The notes: generated from the sequence alone by a model not told the origin. 64,000 nt of DNA from an uncultured Pseudomonadales bacterium (GCA_964386355.1 CAYLQQ010000003.1:5880-69879); one strand, 5' to 3'; positions 50,315 to 60,494 are shown, numbered from the stretch's first letter. Translations and numbers: made by a program.

Positions 50315-52207
50315 TTAAACCTTTTCCTTCATCAATTCCTCAAACTCATCTCTCTCAAGCGTTTCTTTCTTCATGAGATGGGTGGAGATCAGATCCAGCT
50401 TGTCTTTGTGTTCTTTGAGGATCTTCTGAGCTGTTTTATAGGCATTATCAATAAACATTCTAATCTCATTATCTACCTTAGCCTTCATTTCTTCAGACAA
50501 CTCAGATGGGGGAAGATAGGCTGCTGAGTATTTACTCTGGTCTACTTGAGCAGTCAAGCTCACAGGTCCCAGCTCTGACATACCATAGTCAACTACCATA
50601 CGCCTGGCCACCATGGTTACCTGCTCAATGTCTGATGCAGCACCCCCTGTCATTTCTTTAAACTGTAACATCTCAGCCGCCCTGCCTCCAAGCATCATTG
50701 CCATCATATCCATCAGTTCTGACCGAGTTTCATGGTATTTATCTTTTTCAGGCGGTACCTGAGTAAACCCTAGCGCATGACCCCGGGCAACTATGGAAAT
50801 ACGGTGCACCGGATCGACGTTTTTAAGGTAATAGGCACACAGAGCATGACCAGCCTCATGATAGGCAGTAATTAGCCGTTCCTCATCTGACTGCATCCGT
50901 TTCTTTTCAGGGCCTAACTTGACCTTAGTAGCTGCCTCTTCGATATCGGCCATTTCAATCTTATTTTTCTCCTCGCGCGCTGCCTTAATTGCCGCTTCAT
51001 TAAGCATATTTTCTAGATCGGCACCTGAAAAGCCAACTGTCCTACGGGCTACCCGATCCCAATTGATCGATTCATCAAAAGGCTTGCCTTTGGCATGAAT
51101 AGATAAGATATGCTTACGGCCTTCAATATCCGGCAATCCCAACACCACTCGCCTGTCAAAACGTCCGGGACGCAATAGTGCAGGGTCTAAGAGATCTCCA
51201 CGGTTAGTGGCAGCTAAAACAATTACGTTATCCCGCTGGGTAAACCCATCCATTTCTACCAAAATCTGGTTTAGAGTCTGTTCACGCTCATCATGACCAC
51301 CCGAAATAGAAGTTCCCCGCTGACGACCAATAGCATCAATTTCATCAATGAAAATAATTGCCGGATTCATTTTCTTGGCTGTGCCAAACAAATCACGGAC
51401 CCGGGAAGCACCAACACCAACCAGCATCTCCATAAACTCAGAACCAGCCATGGAAAAGTAAGGCACATCAGCTTCACCGGCTACCGCCCGAGCTAGTAGT
51501 GTTTTTCCAGTACCGGCAGGTCCAACCAAAAGGACTCCCTTAGGGGTCTTGGCTCCTAATCTCTGGTATTTTTTAGGATGTTTTAGAAAGTCTACAATCT
51601 CCTCAAGTTCCTGCTTAACTTCATCAACACCACCCACATCCTTAAATCTGACGTTTTGCTTACCCTTGATAAACAGTTTGGCTCGATTTTTACCAAATGA
51701 AAAGACACTATCCTGAGCTCCCCGCATTTGACGGAACACAAATATTGCCACAACTGAAATAATTATCAGAGGTAAAACAAGTTCTAAGATACTGGCAAAG
51801 GCACGTGAAGTAGACAAATCTTTGATATCTACCGTCACACCCTCCAGGTTGAGTTGGTTATCGGCAACCAGGTCGTAAAATGAGTTCTGGGGTTCCTTGC
51901 GAGTGGAGGCAACTTCATCACTATTTTTATAGTCAAGCTCTATTGTGTCCCCGCTGACCTCAATTTTTTCTACCCTACCCTCTTTAATTTCATTTATCGC
52001 CTGAGAAAGGCTGATGCTTTTGGGAGCCTGTGGCATGAACAGAGGTAGGAGGAAAAAGAGAGCTGCCAGTATGATTAACCACGTCTTAACACGCTGGCTA
52101 TTGAGATTAAATTTTAACTCAACTTTTCTAACTTTGACGTTGGGGTCTTTACTGATGCCATTACCGTTTTTAGTTCCGTTTTTGGATATATCTTTTTTTT
52201 CTGCCAT
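50315..52207 (-). CDS. ftsH: ATP-dependent zinc metalloprotease FtsH
   Basis: Walker A GPAGTGKT, SRH region, HEAGHA zinc motif. Confidence 0.92.
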   Translation of the reverse strand: MAEKKDISKNGTKNGNGISKDPNVKVRKVELKFNLNSQRVKTWLIILAALFFLLPLFMPQAPKSISLSQAINEIKEGRVEKIEVSGDTIELDYKNSDEVASTRKEPQNSFYDLVADNQLNLEGVTVDIKDLSTSRAFASILELVLPLIIISVVAIFVFRQMRGAQDSVFSFGKNRAKLFIKGKQNVRFKDVGGVDEVKQELEEIVDFLKHPKKYQRLGAKTPKGVLLVGPAGTGKTLLARAVAGEADVPYFSMAGSEFMEMLVGVGASRVRDLFGTAKKMNPAIIFIDEIDAIGRQRGTSISGGHDEREQTLNQILVEMDGFTQRDNVIVLAATNRGDLLDPALLRPGRFDRRVVLGLPDIEGRKHILSIHAKGKPFDESINWDRVARRTVGFSGADLENMLNEAAIKAAREEKNKIEMADIEEAATKVKLGPEKKRMQSDEERLITAYHEAGHALCAYYLKNVDPVHRISIVARGHALGFTQVPPEKDKYHETRSELMDMMAMMLGGRAAEMLQFKEMTGGAASDIEQVTMVARRMVVDYGMSELGPVSLTAQVDQSKYSAAYLPPSELSEEMKAKVDNEIRMFIDNAYKTAQKILKEHKDKLDLISTHLMKKETLERDEFEELMKEKV

Positions 52208-52261
52208 GATAGTGTCAAATTAAGTAACAGGGTATTTTATCAGTAAAAGATGAAGAGAAAA

Positions 52262-52612
52262 TTAACGCACTACCGTTCCGTTTGGTAGGGGCTTATCAGG
52301 ACTCAAAAGGGCAATAGTCTCATCTCCAGCTGCAAGTAACATGCCGTTTGACTCCATTCCCATCATCTTTTTTGCCTGCAAATTAACGATGCCTACCACC
52401 TGGCGCTCTACCAGATCAGGCGCGTTGTACTGCAAGGATATGCCGGCAATGATCTGCTGTGTACCAACTTCTTCACCAAAATCCACTTCCAGCTTAACCA
52501 ATCGTTCTGATCCTAAAACTGCTTCGGCAAAGGTGATAGTGCCAACCCGTAAGTCGAGTTTAACAAAGTCTGGAAAGGCAATAGGGTCTTTGAGCATACA
52601 ATACCTCAACAC
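52262..52612 (-). CDS. tRNA-binding domain protein (CsaA/Trbp111-like OB fold)
   Basis: LDLRVGTITFAE...KLEVDFGEE matches the MetRS C-terminal-like tRNA-binding domain. Confidence 0.7.
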   Translation of the reverse strand: MLRYCMLKDPIAFPDFVKLDLRVGTITFAEAVLGSERLVKLEVDFGEEVGTQQIIAGISLQYNAPDLVERQVVGIVNLQAKKMMGMESNGMLLAAGDETIALLSPDKPLPNGTVVR

Positions 52613-52726
52613 TGTAATTTTAAAATATGAGGTATTATATCAATAGATTAATCCAAAGGCAATCGAAGCGGGGTAATGATGAGGTAATGATGGCGTAAGA
52701 ATTGGGGTATTTGCAATCTGTTTACC

Positions 52727-53731
52727 CTAAAACCCCATTCTTATTTTAACTTCTTGAACAGTTTGCGTGGCTATGAATCTAGCTTTTTCTGCCCCTTCTC
52801 TAATCACTTTGTCTACATATTCCGAGTCTTTCACTAGCTCAAACCTTTTTACCTGAATTGGTTCAAGTTCTTTATACATTGCTAATGCCAGTTCTTTTTT
52901 AACGTCACCATACCGAATACCGGTATTTGTGTACAACTGTTCCAGCTCTTGCCGCCTGTCTTTCCCCATAAACAACTCAATGAACGTGAGAAGGTTAGCC
53001 ACTCCACCAGTTTTTGGCACCTCATCACCTTTGCCTGAATCAGTTGGAATTCTTGCCACCTTACTCTCTATTGCTTTTAGGTCATCAGTAATATTGATAA
53101 AACTACCTTCAACTGACTTGCTCATTTTACCCTCACCCGACAGACTAGGTACATATGAACCTGTAGTTGCAAACCGGACAGGCTCCGGAAAATCTAAACC
53201 ATATTTTTCATTCATCTTGCGGGCAACCTCGCGGGCAACTTCCAGATGTGGCTCCTGGTCCAAGCCAACCGGCACCAAACCGGCTTTGTATACCAGAATA
53301 TCGGCAGCCATGAGAACCGGATAATTTAGCAGAGCCATGGTGACATTATCTGGATGTTGTTTTATCTTGTCTTTAAATGTCGGCAGGTGCTGCATGCGGG
53401 CAATACTCATAACAGATGAAAACAGAAATGCCAGTTCACTGTGCTGGGGTACCATAGACTGCTTACTGATGATTGCCTTCTCAGGATCAAGACCGGCTGC
53501 CAGGTAGTCAATAATAATATCTCGTGATTGTTTGACTAGCGTTTTATGGTCATATGGTGTAGTGATGGTGTGCAGATCCATAACCATATAGATACACTGC
53601 AGATCGCTCCTCTCCTGCAGCTGTAAATATCCCTTAACTGCCCCCAGGTAATTACCAAGGTGTAATCTACCTGTTGCTCTAGTACCGGAAAATACGCGCT
53701 GTATGTTCATATAAAGTATTTTATCAGGCAA
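52727..53731 (-). CDS. trpS: Tryptophanyl-tRNA synthetase
   Basis: HIGH-class motif HLGNYLGA and KMSKS (GKMSKSVEG). 334 aa. Confidence 0.85.
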   Translation of the reverse strand: MPDKILYMNIQRVFSGTRATGRLHLGNYLGAVKGYLQLQERSDLQCIYMVMDLHTITTPYDHKTLVKQSRDIIIDYLAAGLDPEKAIISKQSMVPQHSELAFLFSSVMSIARMQHLPTFKDKIKQHPDNVTMALLNYPVLMAADILVYKAGLVPVGLDQEPHLEVAREVARKMNEKYGLDFPEPVRFATTGSYVPSLSGEGKMSKSVEGSFINITDDLKAIESKVARIPTDSGKGDEVPKTGGVANLLTFIELFMGKDRRQELEQLYTNTGIRYGDVKKELALAMYKELEPIQVKRFELVKDSEYVDKVIREGAEKARFIATQTVQEVKIRMGF

Positions 53732-53749
53732 ACATGCTAAAATATAGCT

Positions 53750-54382
53750 GTGAAAAATTCACTTTTTTTAATAACCATTTTCATGGTCATGCTCATTTCC
53801 GGATTTTTTCTGGTACAAAAAATTGGAAAAGTGAATGCCAGTCCCTACGTATCTCAATTTACCAAAGCTGTGACTGATATTGTCACATATCTTGAAAATT
53901 CCCAAAAAACCGCCCCCAGACCCCAGTCACAAAATCCTCAAAGCGTCAAGGAACCACTGCCTCAGGTAACGTTTAAAAACCTACCCACATCAAAGACCAC
54001 CCCCAAAGTTACCAGTCAATCCCGCACCACTGTGAATATTAATGGCAAAACTATCTATGATAGTCAAGATCAAAACGAACAACCAACAGTCAAAAACAAT
54101 AAAACAAATTCCTGTTACCAATTCACTGTCCCCCACCTGGACGGTAGTTCATCCAATCTCTGCTATAACCAGTCAGATTATAACCAGCTTGTATCGCTTT
54201 ACTCCCAATACACCAGCGCTCAAGCCAACTACAAATTCGAGCTTCGCGTGGCCGACATGTATGTGGATTCTGATCATTTTAAACACTTAAGCGATGAGGC
54301 TAAACGTAAAGCACAAGAATGGAAAGATAAGATGGGACAAATTGCTCTGCAGATGTATAATATAGAAAAGAAAGGCTGGTAA
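53750..54382 (+). CDS. Membrane-anchored extracytoplasmic protein, hypothetical (Gln/Thr/Pro-rich linker)
   Basis: N-terminal TM, low-complexity linker, C-terminal domain with two Cys. Confidence 0.4.
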   Translation: MKNSLFLITIFMVMLISGFFLVQKIGKVNASPYVSQFTKAVTDIVTYLENSQKTAPRPQSQNPQSVKEPLPQVTFKNLPTSKTTPKVTSQSRTTVNINGKTIYDSQDQNEQPTVKNNKTNSCYQFTVPHLDGSSSNLCYNQSDYNQLVSLYSQYTSAQANYKFELRVADMYVDSDHFKHLSDEAKRKAQEWKDKMGQIALQMYNIEKKGW

Positions 54383-54384
54383 AT

Positions 54385-54822
54385 ATGATTTTTACTCTCA
54401 ACGAATTCTTTATCCTGGCCGGAATACTTTTTATTGCCTCTGAACTGTTTATTGGAATTGAGACTGGTTTTGATTTGGTTATAGTTGGAGCTTCACTAGT
54501 TTTAGGTGGCGGAGCGGGCATACTCACACAAAACCCCTATGTAACCGTCATTGTCAGTACGCTTTTGTTTTCTGCCTACATTTTTTTCGGCCGCTCAACC
54601 ATCAAACGCAAGCTCGTGGTTATGACCCACTCAACAAATATTGATAAACTGATTGGTAAAAAAGGTATGGTTATTAGATCTATTACCCCCAATACGCCTG
54701 GTATGGTTAGAGTAGATGATGAGGATTGGCGGGCAATATCAGATGAAGTTCTCTACGAAAAGGATCAAGTTGAAGTTGAAGTAATATCCGGAGTGTCATT
54801 AAAAGTCACAAAATTAAAGTAG
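54385..54822 (+). CDS. NfeD-family membrane protein (OB-fold C-terminus)
   Basis: Three TM, then a beta-rich C-terminal domain. Immediately upstream of an SPFH gene, the classic pairing. Confidence 0.65.
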   Translation: MIFTLNEFFILAGILFIASELFIGIETGFDLVIVGASLVLGGGAGILTQNPYVTVIVSTLLFSAYIFFGRSTIKRKLVVMTHSTNIDKLIGKKGMVIRSITPNTPGMVRVDDEDWRAISDEVLYEKDQVEVEVISGVSLKVTKLK

Positions 54823-54863
54823 TCTTAATTACCTTTTCTTCATTGAAAACTGAAAATTGGTAA

Positions 54864-55721
54864 TTGAAAATTAAATCTATGGATTTTACCACCTTCATGC
54901 TCGCTCTAGTTTTCGGTACCGCTCTAATAGCCTTACTTAAGAGTGTCCGAATCGTCAAACAGTACGAAAAGGGCTTGATTGTCAGGCTTGGCCGATATGC
55001 TTCCACTGCAGATTCAGGCATTGTGATTCTGGTCCCTTTTATTGATAGTATTATTACGGTTGATATGCGAGAGCAGGTCATGAACGTCATGCCCCAGCAG
55101 GTCATCACCCAGGATAACGTCGTGGTTACTGTAGATGCGGTCATTTATTACAAAGTTGTTGACCCCGTAAAAGCAGAATTTGAGATCCAGAATTTTAGCT
55201 ACGCAGTAACTACGCTAGCACAAACCAATCTTCGTAACCTTATCGGAGATAAAACGCTTGACGAATCCCTAACCGCCAGAGACAGCATCAACACCAGCTT
55301 ACGTCAGGTTTTGGACGAAGCCACCAATCCATGGGGTGTTAAAATTACCAAAGTAGAGCTACAGAAAATTGACCCTCCGGCAAACATTACTGAAGCCATG
55401 AGCAAACAGATGAAGGCAGAGCGGGAAAAAAGAGCAACTGTTTTGGAAGCCCAGGGACAAAAAGAGGCAGAGATCCTCAAAGCTCAAGGAGATGCCCAAG
55501 CCAGACTTTTACGGGCTGAAGCTGAGGCCAAATCAGTCCAGATGGTAGCAGAAGCTGCCGAGAAAAACTTTACCCCAAGGGCTGCTCAGCTTAAACAGCT
55601 CGATGTCGCCCGTGAGGTTTTGGGTGGAACTTCTACCAAGTTTGTCCTACCGACTAATGGAAGCCTGGTAAGTGTTTTGAATTTGGATGGGAAAGGGGAG
55701 AATTTTATACCCGTAAAGTAA
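54864..55721 (+). CDS. SPFH/band-7 (stomatin-like) protein
   Basis: N-terminal TM, band-7 core (IVKQYEKGLIVRLGRY..., QDNVVVTVDAVIYYKV), C-terminal coiled coil. Confidence 0.85.
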   Translation: MKIKSMDFTTFMLALVFGTALIALLKSVRIVKQYEKGLIVRLGRYASTADSGIVILVPFIDSIITVDMREQVMNVMPQQVITQDNVVVTVDAVIYYKVVDPVKAEFEIQNFSYAVTTLAQTNLRNLIGDKTLDESLTARDSINTSLRQVLDEATNPWGVKITKVELQKIDPPANITEAMSKQMKAEREKRATVLEAQGQKEAEILKAQGDAQARLLRAEAEAKSVQMVAEAAEKNFTPRAAQLKQLDVAREVLGGTSTKFVLPTNGSLVSVLNLDGKGENFIPVK

Positions 55722-55744
55722 GTAATTGGAATTATTAGAATTTA

Positions 55745-55774
55745 AAACGCTCTCAGCAAGAGAGCGTTTTTTTA
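55745..55774 (+). terminator. Rho-independent terminator after the NfeD/SPFH operon
   Basis: AAACGCTCTC agcaa GAGAGCGTTT tttt. Confidence 0.7.
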
Positions 55775-55798
55775 TGAGAACATTATTCATTGTTTCTG

Positions 55799-55872
55799 TG
55801 TCAGGGGCGGGACTTGAACCCGCGACCTCAGCGTTATGAATGCTGTGCTCTAACCAGCTGAGCTACCCTGAC
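55799..55872 (-). tRNA. tRNA with CAU anticodon (elongator Met or Ile2-lysidine; not initiator-like)
   Basis: RC = GTCAGGGTAGCTCAGCTGGTTAGAGCACAGCATTCATAACGCTGAGGTCGCGGGTTCAAGTCCCGCCCCTGACA. Full cloverleaf, anticodon loop TTCATAA, no GGG/CCC in the anticodon stem. Confidence 0.85.
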
Positions 55873-55976
55873 ATGGAAAAAGAAGCAAGAATAAAGTAGC
55901 AAGTAGTAAGGAAATCAAATTGTTTTTGCATTCTCCCTTAAATCTTACTTCTTAATTCTTGCTTCTTGTCTTTGTA

Positions 55977-56047
55977 GCGGGTCCCCGGTAACGCTCCAGA
56001 GGTTAGGCGAGGTTATGAGCCTCGCGGGATACTTACCCCCCACCCGC
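55977..56047. ncRNA. Candidate structured RNA element (GC-rich nested hairpins) between the ftsB-like gene and the tRNA-Met promoter; function unknown
   Basis: Outer stem GCGGGU...ACCCGC, inner stem GCGAGG-uuaugag-CCUCGC, flanking G6/C6 tracts. Stands out against AT-rich flanks. Confidence 0.25.
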
Positions 56048-56102
56048 TATAACGCTAGCTATCATACCAAAATTTCACCAACAAGGCAAAGCCAATGGTT
56101 AA

Positions 56103-56474
56103 TTACAGAATTAAACGTATCCACTCATGTATCGGTCTGCTCAATTTTTGCTCTTTTTCATCCTTTGGAGAATACTTATAGACAGACTCTTCTTCGTTTT
56201 GCTTGAGTGTTGATGGGATTACCACTAAAACCTCCCCAGGTTTAACCAGTTTTAAATTATTACGTATTTGGCTTTCAATATAATAATCTGATGTCTGCTG
56301 GGTCTTTTCATGGATCAGTCGCTGCTGCTCTTTTTCAAGGGTTTCAACTTTTTTCTGTGCCATATACAGGCGTTTTTGAGAATTAAACATTTGTATCGTA
56401 TTAGTAATTATTGATATAATGAGAAATACGATACACAGCACCAAAAACCATGGGAGTAGCGATTTAGTTTCCAT
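56103..56474 (-). CDS. FtsB/DivIC-like septum formation initiator (TM + coiled coil)
   Basis: N-terminal TM LPWFLVLCIVFLIISIIT followed by a heptad-rich segment and a conserved C-terminal LVKPGE motif. Confidence 0.6.
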   Translation of the reverse strand: METKSLLPWFLVLCIVFLIISIITNTIQMFNSQKRLYMAQKKVETLEKEQQRLIHEKTQQTSDYYIESQIRNNLKLVKPGEVLVVIPSTLKQNEEESVYKYSPKDEKEQKLSRPIHEWIRLIL

Positions 56475-56550
56475 TGACTTTTATCTCTTTCCGAGTTATT
56501 ATAAGCTATTAAATTGTTTGTACATCCTACTGCCAGATAAATTTTAATTT

Positions 56551-57414
56551 ATGCCTATTACGCTAGATAAAAGCCAACAGGATTTTATTTCTTTTCTTAA
56601 AAGCAAGGGTAAGGCACACGCCACTATTTTAGCATATGGGAATGATATCCTCCAATTTACCCAGTATCTAACCGAACATGGCCTTGCAACAATCGACCAG
56701 ATAAGTAGTGAAGATATTGAGGCATTCAAAAAAGATTTGTTAAACAAAAAATACACAACAAAATCCGTTGCCCGAAAACTAAACTCAATCAAAACATATT
56801 TTCGGTATCTTATTACTCAAAACCAGCTCGAAAACAATCCAAGTACAACAGTTGCTCATCCAAAATACACGCTTACACCACCACGAATCCTGACCAAAAT
56901 GGAATACAGAAGTCTTCGCGATGCTTGCAGAAATGATCCCAGAATGTATGCCATTGTTGAGCTGTTTTTGCAAACCGGTATCCGTATTAGTGAGCTTGCC
57001 CGCCTAACCATTGCAGATATTATTGATGGGGATAAGCTTAGGATTGAGGCATATGAATCCCACGAAACCCGCACCATACCCCTAAATAAGCCGGCAAAAA
57101 ATGCCCTCGATACCTGGCTTGATGTTCGCCCAAGAGTAAATAACACATCTCTGTTTATTACCAAAACTGGTAAACAGTTTCAGGTCCGCAATATCCGCAC
57201 AGCGCTTGACCGGTATTTTAGAATTGCGGATATCAAAGGTGCCACCGTCAATGATCTACGGCACACATTTATCGCTCATCAGCTCAAGGCTGGTACTCCA
57301 ATGACTCTGGTTTCCAAATTGGCTGGACACAAACGCCTCTCAACAACCGAAAAGTATCTGGAATTTATCAAAGAAAAACCTCAAATAAACGTAGCTCATC
57401 TGGAAGAGTTGTAA
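56551..57414 (+). CDS. Tyrosine recombinase (XerC/XerD-like)
   Basis: N-terminal SAM-like domain. Catalytic R...HxxR (LRHTFIAHQL) and Y (STTEKYLEF). Confidence 0.8.
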   Translation: MPITLDKSQQDFISFLKSKGKAHATILAYGNDILQFTQYLTEHGLATIDQISSEDIEAFKKDLLNKKYTTKSVARKLNSIKTYFRYLITQNQLENNPSTTVAHPKYTLTPPRILTKMEYRSLRDACRNDPRMYAIVELFLQTGIRISELARLTIADIIDGDKLRIEAYESHETRTIPLNKPAKNALDTWLDVRPRVNNTSLFITKTGKQFQVRNIRTALDRYFRIADIKGATVNDLRHTFIAHQLKAGTPMTLVSKLAGHKRLSTTEKYLEFIKEKPQINVAHLEEL

Positions 57415-58412
57415 TTTCCACTTTCAAACAACCATATTTTTCTAGAAACTTGAGGTATTACTTCACGGGCTTCTTGCTCTGCTACACCATCGGTCATAAC
57501 ACATATAGCATATGGATTTTGCCCAAACACAATTCCACAGTCACTCCACACCTGCACCTGCCACCCAATCTTGTGAGACACGGGGATTTCTGACGGGATA
57601 CCCTCTGGTATGAGATCTTCCTCGTATTCTGTATCCCTCAAGGCTGTATAAAATAGATTAATGAGATTGTCTTCAGATAGCACCTGCTTTTGATAGATGT
57701 TTTTTAGAAACGTAACCATATCTTTTGGGGAACTTGTGTTTTTGGGAATGCTGGTTTGTAACAGTTTATAGTTTTGAACTAGTTTTTGAGCTGAACCAAA
57801 TCCAGCCAACCGGTGCATGGCATTGATGGCTGTATTATCACTGTAATGCCCCGCAAACTCGACCAGCTGTCGGTATTTCCACAAGCTATCCAATTTCTGG
57901 TATTGCAACGTACCCGAACCTTCTTCAATATCCCGACTCTCTAATTTATAATCATCATTTAAACTGTATGTGTCATCTTCGATGCGCTGCAAAAAAGCCA
58001 TCATAATTGGGATCTTATTTATTGAGGCCGCAGTAAAACTAAAGTCATAATTGCTGCCATATCCTTTATCTTCTGTCATTGACAAAACATACCAACCATA
58101 GCTGCCTCGCTTATCCATAAACAGATTGTCTATTTCTTGTTGTATCTCTGTTTGGAATTGGGTTCTGGGTTGTGGAGTTGCTTGCTTGGCTGTAAGTGCT
58201 ATCGGTGTTGGTGGTGGTGTATTACTATGTAAGTTATCTGCTTGTATTGAATCTGTTATTACTGGACTAAGCACCTCTTCATTAGAGGGTAAAAATGCAC
58301 GTAAGACAAAAAACAGAAACAAGACCACAAAAACAATTATCGGCCATGGTTTATTGGCAGATCTGTGTCTGCGTAAAGGCGACCTGGTTACTACTCCACC
58401 ATAATCATACAT
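57396..58412 (-). CDS. Membrane-anchored class-A beta-lactamase-like serine hydrolase
   Basis: N-terminal TM, low-complexity linker, then SxxK (SINK), SDN (YSDNTAINAM) and KTG-like (HKIGW) motifs. Confidence 0.6.
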   Translation of the reverse strand: MYDYGGVVTRSPLRRHRSANKPWPIIVFVVLFLFFVLRAFLPSNEEVLSPVITDSIQADNLHSNTPPPTPIALTAKQATPQPRTQFQTEIQQEIDNLFMDKRGSYGWYVLSMTEDKGYGSNYDFSFTAASINKIPIMMAFLQRIEDDTYSLNDDYKLESRDIEEGSGTLQYQKLDSLWKYRQLVEFAGHYSDNTAINAMHRLAGFGSAQKLVQNYKLLQTSIPKNTSSPKDMVTFLKNIYQKQVLSEDNLINLFYTALRDTEYEEDLIPEGIPSEIPVSHKIGWQVQVWSDCGIVFGQNPYAICVMTDGVAEQEAREVIPQVSRKIWLFESGNYNSSR

Positions 58413-58482
58413 AAACCATACTATGGGTTTTTAATACTACTGTTACTGTAGGCAACTATACAAAATTTGCAAGCGAAGATAC

Positions 58483-59424
58483 TTATACTTTAAGCAGTTT
58501 TTTTAGCTCCGGCCAGAACAACAATCCGGCTTTGGGTCCGATGTGTTCAACCACCGAAGATGAATTGTAAGCTGCAGTCTCAAGAGCTTTTTCTATCTTT
58601 AAACCATTTATCAATCCAGCCACAAATCCGGAACCAAATGCGTCTCCTGCCCCGGTTACCTCTACAGCTTTTGCAATAATTGCATTTTGATGTATGTGGT
58701 TTTTATCTTTAGTGTACGCATGCGCTCCCTTTTGCCCATCTGTCACCACTACTATTTCCGATCCACAACTATAAAACCAAGCAGCTCTAAGATCACTCTC
58801 TCCTGTAAGTTGCATAGCTTCTTGCTTGTTAACCAGTAAAATCTCAAAATATGGCAAGATCTTCCATAAACGCTCTTTCTCCCTTAGTTCAGAACCGCCT
58901 GGGTTAAAAGCAAGTTTAACCCCCTTATCTTTTGACCACTGTAGTATTTTCTCAAGCAGTGTGAAGTCTCCCCCTAAGCTGGAAATGTATGCCCACCTGC
59001 CATCTAACCTGTCCCAGTCGACCCCCCGCCAAGATAGGTAGTTACTTGCCCCTCTGTGTACCAAGATGGTTCTGTCACCGTCTAGACCAACTAACGCGGT
59101 AGAACTGCTGGTCTTATGTTTTTTGTTGGTCTGTAGATACAGCAAGCTTACTCCCTCCTCTTCAAGTTGCTCTCTGACCATGCGTCCCCAAAAGTCCCTG
59201 CCAACACAGGACACTAAAGCCGATTGTAATCCCATACGCTCAAAACATACTGCCGCGTTGGTGGCTCCCCCGCCGGTAGTAACCACAATGTCTTTAATTT
59301 CAATTTTTTTACCGTACAGCTCGCACAACATTACCCCCTCATTGGTGTGTTTAACCTTAAATTCATCAGAGGTTATATATGTATCGTAAAAAGAGGAGCC
59401 AAAAACAACTACGTCAAAAGGCAT
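58483..59424 (-). CDS. PfkB-family carbohydrate kinase (ribokinase/fructokinase-like)
   Basis: GGGATNAA and VTGAGDAFGSGF motifs. Confidence 0.8.
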   Translation of the reverse strand: MPFDVVVFGSSFYDTYITSDEFKVKHTNEGVMLCELYGKKIEIKDIVVTTGGGATNAAVCFERMGLQSALVSCVGRDFWGRMVREQLEEEGVSLLYLQTNKKHKTSSSTALVGLDGDRTILVHRGASNYLSWRGVDWDRLDGRWAYISSLGGDFTLLEKILQWSKDKGVKLAFNPGGSELREKERLWKILPYFEILLVNKQEAMQLTGESDLRAAWFYSCGSEIVVVTDGQKGAHAYTKDKNHIHQNAIIAKAVEVTGAGDAFGSGFVAGLINGLKIEKALETAAYNSSSVVEHIGPKAGLLFWPELKKLLKV

Positions 59425-59570
59425 GAGGTTACAAAGGAATGGAAGAATTAAGGAATGGAAGAATTAAAGGAAAAACAATACCCTTTATTCTTAATTCATT
59501 GATTCTTAAATTCCTGATTTCATTATGACAGACAATGAATGGAAGAAGAAGGTGGTTTTTCATCACAGCA

Positions 59571-60488
59571 CTAAGACATGAAACTATCAATTCTTTTAAT
59601 TAGATTATTTTTATCCAAACCATAATATTTTACCAACTCTTCTATGTCCCCAGATCTTCCAAATGTATCATTCATCCCTAATCTTAATACTGGAACAGGA
59701 TACTTTTCAGACAACAACTCACAAATAGCAGAACCTAAGCCTCCAACCACTTGATGATCCTCAACCACCACCACCCTCCCTGTTTTCCTCACTGATTTTA
59801 ATATTATTTTTTCATCAAGGGGTTTTACTTCCACAACATTGACCATTTCAATGTCTCCCATTTCTTGAGCAATTTCCAGACAACTATGTACAAAATATCC
59901 CGAACTGATAATGGTTAGTTTTTCTCCTTTAACCAAAAGTCCACCCACCCCAGAATCATGTGTGGTAATTTGTTCAATTCTTGGCTCTGGGTATTTTCCT
60001 ATCCTTACATACACTGGCCCATGTTGTGCGTACGCACTCGCAGCACAATGCTTGGCTTGGGTAAAACAACATGGCTGAATAATTGATACATTAGGCAAGC
60101 AACGCATTATTGCTAAGTCTTCGAATGCCTCATGAGTAGCTCCATCCGGACCATCGGAAAATCCACAGTGATGACCAATTATTTTGACTGGTAAATTTGA
60201 ATAACATACAGATACTCGTAATTGTTCCCAATTGCGCCCAGGGCTAAATACCGCAAATGAGCTTACAAAGGGAATAAGGCCTTCTTTAGCCAAACCAGCT
60301 GCTACACCCATCATATTCTGCTCAGATACACCACACTCAATGAATTGATCTGGAAAGTCCTGGGCAATTTTGGCTACTCTAGTACTTTTAGATAAATCTG
60401 CTGTCAAAACAATAACATCCCTATGAGCCTTAACCAGGTCATATAGCCCTTCGCCAAACCCATCTCGAGCTGATAACGCGTTAGTCAT
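59571..60488 (-). CDS. tktB: Transketolase, C-terminal subunit (split tkt)
   Basis: Pyrimidine-binding and C-terminal domains as a separate 305-aa ORF immediately after the N-terminal subunit. Confidence 0.85.
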   Translation of the reverse strand: MTNALSARDGFGEGLYDLVKAHRDVIVLTADLSKSTRVAKIAQDFPDQFIECGVSEQNMMGVAAGLAKEGLIPFVSSFAVFSPGRNWEQLRVSVCYSNLPVKIIGHHCGFSDGPDGATHEAFEDLAIMRCLPNVSIIQPCCFTQAKHCAASAYAQHGPVYVRIGKYPEPRIEQITTHDSGVGGLLVKGEKLTIISSGYFVHSCLEIAQEMGDIEMVNVVEVKPLDEKIILKSVRKTGRVVVVEDHQVVGGLGSAICELLSEKYPVPVLRLGMNDTFGRSGDIEELVKYYGLDKNNLIKRIDSFMS

Positions 60489-60494
60489 ACATTT

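Noticed and set aside
55960-56075. 4.5S/SRP RNA assignment for the GC-rich hairpin
   Set aside because: Termini resemble 4.5S (GGGGG.../...CCCCCACCC) but the conserved domain-IV GGAA tetraloop and AGCAGCC motifs are missing.
55799-57414. tRNA gene with a nearby tyrosine recombinase as a possible integrated island boundary
   Set aside because: The recombinase is on the 5' side of the tRNA, separated by a cell-division gene, and looks like a housekeeping Xer. No direct repeat of the tRNA 3' end was seen and the flanking genes are core metabolism.
59438-59476. Short direct repeat aggaatggaagaattaa x2 upstream of the pfkB-family kinase gene
   Set aside because: Only two imperfect copies in an intergenic region. 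Too little to call a regulatory array.
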